Part shown: one piece after another, positions 20,801 to 28,700 of the stretch | Layout of the letters: each line of letters begins with the position of its first letter | Position numbering within the stretch: the first letter of the stretch is position 1 | NCBI GenBank assembly: GCA_035652435.1 | Contig: DASRDU010000081.1 | Span: forward strand, 10,511 to 74,510 | Source of the DNA: Blastocatellia bacterium | GTDB lineage: Bacteria > Acidobacteriota > Blastocatellia > RBC074 | Direction of reading: 5' to 3' | DNA length: 64,000 bases | The notes under the pieces: generated by a model | Told to the model about the DNA's origin: nothing | Seen by the model: the letters and a program-made list of their open reading frames with translations, nothing else | Database searches by the model: none | Made by a program: the position numbers and the translations under genes

Positions 20801-22817
20801 CTGCGGATCGCAGGTGGACATCAGCGCCGACGGCTCGAAGGTGATCTCCACCGAGGGCCTGCAACTGCGCATCGCCAACGCCGACGGCAGCGGCGCGCTG
20901 GAGTTGATCAGGAACGTGGAGATCGCCACCATCCGCATCGCGGGCGACGGCAGCAAAGTTTTCTTCCTCATCCGGCGCGACAGCGGGCCGAAAGAGCGCG
21001 GCCTGTATGTCATCAACGCTGACGGCAGCGGGCTCAGGCAGATCGTCGGGCCGAATCAGGTCGCGAGCCTGCTCAGTATCCCTGCCGGCGAAGTGTTTCC
21101 GTTCGCCAGCGATCTGGGGAACGACCTCGGAGTTTCCAGCGACGGCTCGCGCATTGTGTTTGCGACCTATTCGCGGGGGCAGCGGATGTTCGGCGTCAAC
21201 CCGGACGGCACGGGGCTGCACCAGATCATCGGCCCGATTGATTTCGTGAGGACGACCGGCATCAGCGCCGACGGCTCGAAGGTGCTTTACAGGCTGAACA
21301 GCTTCGCGACCGGCCTCGACGAAGTCGGCGTCATCAACTTCGATGGCACCGCGCAGCGCAAGCTGGCGGATAACGACATCAACGGCCCGACGCGCTACCT
21401 GGGTGAATCCGGCGACCGGTATTCTCTGAGCGCCGACGGCTCCCGGCTGCTGGCCGGTTCATCAGGCATCGTGTTCGACACGGCGACCGGGGTGATGCTG
21501 CAACTCTCGGCGCGGTTCGGGGGCTTCGGCCTCCTCTACAATTCACTCTACCTCGCGACGATGAACAGCACGGCGACGCGCTTTCTCTTTGCCTTCGGTG
21601 ATGCCAGCGGCATTAACCAGCTGGTGTCGCTCGACGTCAATCCCGCCAGCCTCGGCGCGGCGCCCAGCCTGACGGCGCCCGCGATTGATCCGCTCTTCGT
21701 CCTGACCAATGGCGGGTCGGGGGCCACCGTCACGGCCAGAATGACGACCACCAACACGCTGCTCCTGATGGAATACGTCTTCCTCCGCGGCGGGCTGTTT
21801 GATCGCGACAGCAGCTTCAACGCGCTCTATGACGACGGACTCACGGCCGGGGATGCGAAGTCAGGCGATGGCGTCTTTACGAGCAACACGGTCAGCACCA
21901 ACTGCTGCACCGTCGTCGGCCCGCGCACGGCGCGCCTCAATGCAATGGTGCGGACGGCCGACGGCCGATTGCACGCGACGAGCGTTGATTTCGCGCCGTT
22001 CTTCGTCCTCGCGCAGGCGCCCGGCCCGACGGCGCCCGCGATCACCTCGCTCGCGCCGCCGAACGGCGCGCCGGGCGCGCAGGTCACGATCAACGGCAGC
22101 GGCTTCGACCCGACCGCCGCAGGTAACGTCGTCCTCTTCGGCAACCGCGTGGCACAGGTCGCGAGCGCCAACGCCGGGGGCACTCAGTTAGTGGTGACGG
22201 TCCCGGCTGATGTGGCCGTGGGCACGGTCGCCGTGACTGTTTCGGCAAGCGGGCGGACGAGCAACGCCGTGAATTTCACCGTGCCGAGCTTCAACCTGCT
22301 GCGCAACGGCGACGCCGAGCAAGGGACGCTTTCGACGACCGGCCTTGAGATCGTGCCGATCCCCGGGTGGACGACGACTTCAAATTTCACCGCGCCGGTC
22401 TACGGTCTGGCCGGTTGTATGTCGTCGGCTGAAGGGCTGCGCGTCGGCGGCGGCAGGGGTTATTTCGTGGGCGGCCCCGGCAACACGATGTCAACAGCCA
22501 CGCAGACGGTGGACGTATCGAGCGCCGCTACGCAGATTGATGCGGGGCAGGGAAGCGTTACTCTACAAGGGCAACTGGCCGGCGTGCAGACCGACACTGG
22601 CACGGTGCGGGCCGAATTCCTGAACGGCAACAGCGTCGTCATCGGCTCCTTCTCACTCGGCCCGGTGACCGGCACCGCTCACACTTTCCAGTTTAAGACG
22701 GCGACCAGCGGCGTCCCGGCGGGCACGCGCTCGATTCGCGTGACGCTGATCTCGACGGGCGGCAACAGCAATTACAACGAAGGCTATTTCGAGAATCTGT
22801 TTCTCGGTCTGAATTGA
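17850..22817 (+). CDS. Giant secreted multidomain surface protein G1 (~1655 aa): N-terminal TIGR03437-like module, IPT/TIG, CarboxypepD_reg-like, cadherin/Ig-like, PD40/TolB-like propeller, IPT/TIG, lectin-like C-terminus
   Basis: The track ORF opens at a GTG at 17691. The ATG at 17850 follows GAGAGG and gives the signal peptide MKKYLFAPL...[13 protein letters not shown]. Domain calls are from motif recall (see sub-features). Confidence 0.9.
   Translation: [1655 protein letters not shown]
17997..18698 (+). other. TIGR03437-like module located at the N-terminus of G1
   Basis: [21 protein letters not shown]...[39 protein letters not shown]...[14 protein letters not shown]...[32 protein letters not shown] aligns by eye with the C-terminal modules of G2 and G3. 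Confidence 0.75.
20585..22010 (+). other. PD40/TolB-like propeller plus cap module shared with the N-terminus of G2
   Basis: [97 protein letters not shown] parallels G2 residues [92 protein letters not shown]. Confidence 0.75.
22285..22814 (+). other. C-terminal jelly-roll, lectin-like domain of G1 (resembles the FBA/Fbs1 sugar-binding fold)
   Basis: [11 protein letters not shown]...IPGW...YFVGG...QTVDVS...IDAG...GTRSIRVTL...[10 protein letters not shown] recalls the NLLRNPCGEE...GW...Q.IDL pattern of FBA domains. Assigned by eye only. Confidence 0.4.
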
Positions 22818-22831
22818 GACAAGCCGGTGGT

Positions 22832-25195
22832 TTACCGGTTCGTGATCCGCGCCTTCGCGGCGATCACTTCAGGGATGTCCTGGTCGGCGTCTTTCCAGAT
22901 TTGCAGGAAGCGTTCGTATGCGGCCTGCGCCCTGTCGCGTTCGCCCTTGCGCTCGTAAGCCTGGCCGAGGTGGTACTGCGCCAGTGGATAGTTCGGATTG
23001 AGGCGCAGGATGCGCTCGTATTCGGCGACGGCCTCGTCCGTCCGGCCCAGTTCCAGATACGCATTGGCCAGACAGTCTTCGTACGAGTCAATGTCCCATT
23101 CGACGGGCCGCTCGCGCAACGCCTCGCGGAAATGATTGAGAGCCTCTTCGGCGCGCCCCTGCCTGAGCGACAGATAGCCGCGCTGATAATTCCAGATGCG
23201 CAGAAAGCCGCGTTCCCGAAGGTGGTTGTAACTGGCCGGCATGAAAACTGTCTCGCTCAGTTTTTGCGCGGCGGCTTGGTCGTCGCGCGCGAGGGCGAGG
23301 GTGAGCGAAGTCCATAACGACGATGGAAGGTATTTCACTTCCTGACCGATGGCGGCGGCAGCACGTTGCAGGTCACCCTGCTTCAGCCAGACCCGGGCTA
23401 TGGAGTTGAAGCTGCGGGCGCGCTGATTATTATCACGCGCGATCTGCAGGTAGCGCTGGTACTGCCCGACGGCCGCGCGATAGCGGCCCTGCTGAAAATA
23501 AAGGTTGCCGAGGTGGATGATCGCGATTCTGGATTCAGGGTTGAGCGCGAGGGCCCGGCCATACGCGGCAAGGGCCTGGTCGTATTGCCCCAGCCACTGG
23601 TGGAACAGGGCCAGACTGTCCCAGGCATTCGGGTCGTTGGGCGTCAGTTGAATGTAGCGTTGATAAGCCGCCAGCGCTTCTTCATTGCGCCCGAGGCGCA
23701 TGCAGACGCTGCCGAGCGCGTTGTAGATGTCTTTCGCTTCGGGGTCGGTGACCAGCCCCTGCCGGATCGCCTGTAACGCCTCCTCATTCCTGTCCTGCGC
23801 CTGCAGCATCCAGTTCAGCTGCTGCCAGGCCTCGGTTTCCAGCGGGTAGCGGGCCAGCAGCTCGCGATAAATTTCGCCGGCGCGCGCCGGGTCATGGTCG
23901 GCCTGGGCCCGCCAGGCGACGATGAAGAGCTTGTCCCGTTCATTCAAACGTTCAGACAGCCGGAACGCCTTCTCCAGATATGGGAGGGCCTTTTCGCCCG
24001 AGCCAACCTTCGCGGCGTAAATGTAGCCGACGCGCGCATACGCCATCGCAAACTGCGGGTCGAGGGCGATGGCCTTTTCCAGCAGCGCAATCGCCTCGTC
24101 GAACTGAAACATCTGCGTCTGTTCGAGCGCCAGCGAGTAGTAGCGGTACGCGTCCAGATTGTCCGTCATCGCCGCGGCCAGCCCGCGCTCCTCGTCCCGC
24201 CCCGCGAAGTCCGCGCCCAGGTGCGAGGCCAGTTTGAGCGAGAGTGAATCAATCTCTGTCAGGATCAGCTCCGGGCGCTCGACGACCAGCGCCTCGGCGG
24301 CTTCGATCTGCCCGGTGCGCGCCTCGTGCAGCGTGACGTCAATCCGCACCTCGTGCCCGAGCCGGGCGAAGCGGCCCAGGATCAGCACCTCCGCCTGCGC
24401 GCGCCGCCCCACTTCCAGCCCGTCCTCCAGCCGGAGCTGCGCCGCGTCCCGGTAGCCGATGTGATCGAGCAGCGCCGCCAGCTGCTGCCGACTGAGCAGC
24501 GTCAGGCGCGGCGAGCGCGAGAGGTTGGTGATCAACATATCGGCGAGGCCCTCGCGCAGCCAGTCCAGCTCGCGGTCGCCCGACTGATTCTCGAAATAGA
24601 GTACCGCCACCGCCCGCCTGCCCGGCACGTGCGGCAGGGCGACTTCCGCCGCCGCCGGCCGGCGCCTGCTGAAATGGAAGGCCAGGAGTGCGGTGAGCGC
24701 CACCAGACCGATCCCCAGCACGGCCAGCCACACGAGGGGAGGCCGGCGCCAGGTTCGTCGCGTCGTGAGCGCCGGCGGGGCGGCCGGCTGATCCGGCTGA
24801 TGAAATTCCTCGGTAAACTCGACCTGGACGGAGGTGATCTCCTCGACCTCGTATGCACCGTGCGGCAGAGACTCTTCGACCGGCCCGATGAAACGATAAC
24901 CGGCTTTCGGGACGGTCCTGATGAAGCGCGGCTGGCGCGAATCGTCGCCGAGCAGCCGGCGCAGCTCGACGATGATCTGCACCAGCGCGTCGGGCGTGAC
25001 CGCCGCCCCTCCCCAGACGTTTTCGATCAGTTCCTCTTTCGTGACCAGCTGCCCGCGGCGGTCGAGCAGGTAGAGCAGCACCTGCAGGCTCTTCTGCCGC
25101 AGCGCCAGTTCCTCGCCGTCGCGCCGGAGCGAGCCGCGCGCCGGGTCAACCTCAATGCCCGCGACACGATAAATTGGCCTGTCGAGAATCTGCAT
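22832..25195 (-). CDS. Membrane-anchored ToxR/CadC-like transcriptional regulator R1: wHTH (trans_reg_C), single TM, TolB_N-like domain, TPR array
   Basis: wHTH motifs [29 protein letters not shown]...[12 protein letters not shown]; [24 protein letters not shown]; [28 protein letters not shown]; multiple TPRs. The track ORF opens at a TTG at 25222. The ATG at 25195 matches the N-terminus of the paralog. Confidence 0.88.
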   Translation of the reverse strand: MQILDRPIYRVAGIEVDPARGSLRRDGEELALRQKSLQVLLYLLDRRGQLVTKEELIENVWGGAAVTPDALVQIIVELRRLLGDDSRQPRFIRTVPKAGYRFIGPVEESLPHGAYEVEEITSVQVEFTEEFHQPDQPAAPPALTTRRTWRRPPLVWLAVLGIGLVALTALLAFHFSRRRPAAAEVALPHVPGRRAVAVLYFENQSGDRELDWLREGLADMLITNLSRSPRLTLLSRQQLAALLDHIGYRDAAQLRLEDGLEVGRRAQAEVLILGRFARLGHEVRIDVTLHEARTGQIEAAEALVVERPELILTEIDSLSLKLASHLGADFAGRDEERGLAAAMTDNLDAYRYYSLALEQTQMFQFDEAIALLEKAIALDPQFAMAYARVGYIYAAKVGSGEKALPYLEKAFRLSERLNERDKLFIVAWRAQADHDPARAGEIYRELLARYPLETEAWQQLNWMLQAQDRNEEALQAIRQGLVTDPEAKDIYNALGSVCMRLGRNEEALAAYQRYIQLTPNDPNAWDSLALFHQWLGQYDQALAAYGRALALNPESRIAIIHLGNLYFQQGRYRAAVGQYQRYLQIARDNNQRARSFNSIARVWLKQGDLQRAAAAIGQEVKYLPSSLWTSLTLALARDDQAAAQKLSETVFMPASYNHLRERGFLRIWNYQRGYLSLRQGRAEEALNHFREALRERPVEWDIDSYEDCLANAYLELGRTDEAVAEYERILRLNPNYPLAQYHLGQAYERKGERDRAQAAYERFLQIWKDADQDIPEVIAAKARITNR

Positions 25196-25224
25196 GACTC
25201 TGTCCCGGAACGTGGGCGGCAAAG

Positions 25225-25260
25225 TTTCGGAAAAATATCGTGACTTTGTCGTTACTTCCG
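25225..25260 (+). promoter_or_regulatory. Copy 1 of the conserved ~35-bp element (TTTCGGAAAAATATCGTGACTTTGTCGTTACTTCCG)
   Basis: Half-sites TTCG 25226, ATCG 25237, GTCG 25248, TTCC 25256 (spacing 11, 11, 8). Lies 30 nt from the R1 ATG. A TATAGCAC box sits 176 nt further on, at 25436-25443, 27 nt before the small-ORF ATG. Confidence 0.55.
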
Positions 25261-25469
25261 CCCGCCGCCGATGAGAGAAAGGGTCCGTCAGTAACAGCCA
25301 GCATCCGAATGATTGTTTGATCGGAAGGTTTTCGTTTTCCCTTCATTAACTCCAGCCCGCGTTTTGTGCGAGGACAAAACCGGGTCAGGAAAGACCAGTC
25401 GGGATCGAACCGGAGTGCCGCAATCGCGGCGGGAGTATAGCACGGCCGCCGTGCGGAACAGGAGACCGG

Positions 25470-25718
25470 ATGAAGCGAACCCGGAAAGTAACGATCACCA
25501 CCACGCGCCGCCGCACGCTGCGCGTCCAGCCCGCCATCCGCGCGCGCTGCCCGGTCTGTCAGCACGAGGTCGAGACGCTGGCCACTGCTCACGCCGCCGA
25601 AGTTCTGGAAATTGATGCTGAGACACTCAACCGGCTGGTTGCCGCCGGCCGGGTTCACGCCATCGAAACCGTGAGCGGCAGCTTTCGGGTCTGTCAGGAG
25701 TCGCTCTTTTCAAAGTAG
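25470..25718 (+). CDS. Small conserved protein S1 (82 aa): Arg-rich N-terminus, CxxCxH...C motif, excisionase/MerR-like HTH; function unknown
   Basis: By my hand alignment, 53 of 82 positions are identical to the 37617-37865 ORF, and the conserved block differs mainly at synonymous third positions. GGAG lies upstream of the ATG. Its stop is 9 nt before the G2 ATG, and the G2 AGGAGG overlaps S1's stop codon and last sense codon. Confidence 0.65.
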   Translation: MKRTRKVTITTTRRRTLRVQPAIRARCPVCQHEVETLATAHAAEVLEIDAETLNRLVAAGRVHAIETVSGSFRVCQESLFSK

Positions 25719-25727
25719 GAGGTGGAA

Positions 25728-28700
25728 ATGAACGCGCGGAGATTAACCCTTGCCTGCACCCTGCTCATCATCAGTCTCGCAGCGATTCTGCCCCGGTCCC
25801 GGCAGGCCGAGAGTGCTCAGGAACCCCGACGGGCCGCCAATCACCCGGCCGCAGCGGCCGGCAACGGAGCGACGGGTGAACCAGTCCAGGCCCAGGCCGT
25901 CGCGGGCACGATCCTCCGCACGCTGGTCTATCACGAGATCACCTCATTGAACCGGAGCGCCATCGCCGAAATCGCCCAGGGGTTTCCCCTCCTCAGCAAG
26001 AATGGGAATCGCGCGGTCTTCACCATCATCACAGGCGATGGCATGAGGCACATCTTCGTCATTAACTCTGACGGCACCGGGCAGCGCGAAATAGATTCAA
26101 ACGACTCTTTCGCTCCGTTTTTGGACATCAGCGCCGACGGCTCAAAAGTGCTTTACACCAATCGCAACCTCATCCGCATGGCCAACGCTGACGGCACTAA
26201 CCTCCACGACGTCGTGAACATCGGCGGTGGTTTTATCCAGGTCCGCCTCTCCGCCGACGGGACGAAAGTTTTTTTCACCGTTGACCGCGACTTCCCCATT
26301 GGGAGCGAGAATCTGACGAAGGGGCTCTATGTCATCAACGCCGATGGGAGCGGTCGCCGGCAGATCGTCAGTGGCGCGACCCTTGCGACACTGCTCGGCG
26401 CTCCAGCAGGTGGTAACAACTTCGTCAGTACCTCCGGCACATCTTTGGATGCGTCCGCCGATGCCTCGCATATCATCTTCGGCACCAGCATTGATGGAAA
26501 AGGCCAATATCTCCTCGGCGTCAATTTTGACGGCAGCGGGCTGCACCAGATCCTCGGCCCCGTAGATTTCCTGAATCATGCCGTCATCAGCGGCGATGGG
26601 CTGAAGGTGGCCTATGACCTCACTCTTCCGCCCTGCTGCTCCACTCCGAGTGAAGCGGGTGTGATCAATTTCGACGGCACGCAAAAGAAGACCTTAGTGA
26701 CCCAAACGGCCCCTTTCCGCGGCTATCCCGGCTCCGGTACTCCGATCCAGCTCGGCGCCGACGGTTCCAGATTGCTCTTCGGCACGGGCGTCCTCTTTAA
26801 CACGGCGACGGGCGAGGCGCTGCAACTGGCGGCGATTGGCGGTAACTTCTCAAGTGATCCTCAGTTTCTGGTCAATGAAGGAATGCGCGTTGCGACCATG
26901 AACAGCAGCGCGACACGCTTCCTCTATCTCGCGCCCGACCCGAACAACGTGCTGCAACTGGTGACGCTGGACCTTAACCCCACGAGCCTCGGACTCGCGC
27001 CGAGCGTGACCGACCCGAAGCTCGACCCGACCTTCGTCATCACGTCAGGGCGCGGGAGAGCCACCCTCAGCGCCAAGGTGAGTGCTTCGGGCACGCTCGT
27101 GCGCGTGAACAATTCCATCCTCTTCAAGGGGCTCACCAATGCCAACGCCTTCAACGGGCTGACCGACAACAATGTTGACTGGCTGGTCCTGCTCGATGAC
27201 GGCACCCACGGCGACACCACAGTCAACGATGGCATCTTCACTAACAATAGTCTCGGCGCCAATTGCTGCGCTGTCCTCGGTTCGCGCCTGGTACGGGTCA
27301 AAGCCGAAGCACGCGGTACAGACAGTAAACGCCATGCGACCGCCATTGACTTCGAACCCCTCACCGTCACCGACCAGGTGCCCTCGATTGACGTGTCGCA
27401 GACGAGCCTCGATTTCGGCAGCGTCAGCGTCGGGCAGAGCAAAGACCTGACCCTGACGATCCGCAACGTCGGGACGAGTCAGCTCACGGTCAATTCGCTC
27501 AACAGCGATAACACGCAATTCAGCGTGCCTCCGCCGCCTGCTGCGCCTTTCACCATCGCCCCTGGTGGACAGCAAACCATCACCGTACGCTTCACCCCCA
27601 GCGCGGTCGGCCCGCAGGGCGGCCGGCTGACGATCAACAGCACCGACCCGGCGCGTCCGAACATTGACGTGTTCCTCTCCGGCGTCGGGGCCACTTTGAG
27701 CGTCACGGTCAATGACCACCGGACGAGCGGCGGCCCCATCCCTGACAATTGCGCCCCGCCCGCCTTGAAATCCAGCTTCACGCCCGCCGACGCGCAGGTG
27801 TTTCAGTGGACCTTTGTTTCGGGCTTCCAGAATGGCGCGGTCATCCGCTGGGAGTGGGTTCAGCCGAACGGCACGATTTACCGGCAGTTCCAGGCCCCGG
27901 TCAACAACACCAGCCAGTTTGTTTGTTTCTGGGATGCGATAGGCATCGCCGGCCAGCCCGCGGCCTCGCTGCCCGGCACCTGGCAGGTGCGCGTCTTTTA
28001 CAACGGCACGCAGATCGTGACCGACACCTTCACCATCTCCGCCGCCAGCAGTTGCCCGACCGCCGGTGGCATCAACCCAACGAGCGGCGCCGCCGGGACG
28101 AGTGTCATCATTACCGGCGCGAACTTCACCGGCGTGACCGTGGTCAGGTTCGCCAATAACCTCACCGCGAATTTCACCGTCAACAGCGATACGCAAATCA
28201 CCGCGACCGTACCGGGCGGCGCCGTCACCGGCCCGATCACTATCGGCAAGCCCAATTGCCCTGACGTACAGACCTCCACCTTCACCATCTGCACATACTC
28301 CATCTCACCAACCAGCCAGAACTTTGCCGCGGGCGGCGGGACGGGCAGCGTGGGCGTGACGACGCAGTCGGGGTGCGCGTGGACGGCGACGAGCAACGCC
28401 GGATTCATCACAATCACTGCGGGCACGCCGGGCAGCGGCAATGGCACGGTCAATTATTCGGTCGCGGCCAATACGAGCACCAGCGCGCGCAGCGGCACGA
28501 TGACGATTGCCGGCCAGACCTTCACGGTCAATCAGTCGGGCTCGACCACCGGCGCGCCGCTGATCCGCATCGAGCCCGGCGCGCTCAGCTTCAACGTCCC
28601 GCGCGGGCAGTCGTCCGGCCCGGTCTCATCGGCCGCCAGTCAGATCGAACCTCAGCAGTCCACTGCGGCGGCAGCGCAGGACAAAGATGAAATAGAAAAG

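Noticed and set aside
20061-21221. Long antisense or alternative-frame ORFs inside the giant genes. Examples: 20061-21221, 27045-28196, 29685-30491, 33153-33944, 40340-41320, 41342-42121.
   Set aside because: These are the same high-GC artefact. The plus-strand frames carry clear repeated domain signatures (PD40, Asp-box, BACON, cohesin), whereas these ORFs are low-complexity and Arg/Ala/Gly-rich.
25396-25416. GGTTCGATCCC on the minus strand, resembling a tRNA T-loop. It might indicate a tRNA fragment or an att site.
   Set aside because: I could not fold flanking sequence into a T-stem, acceptor stem or anticodon arm. An isolated 11-mer is insufficient evidence.
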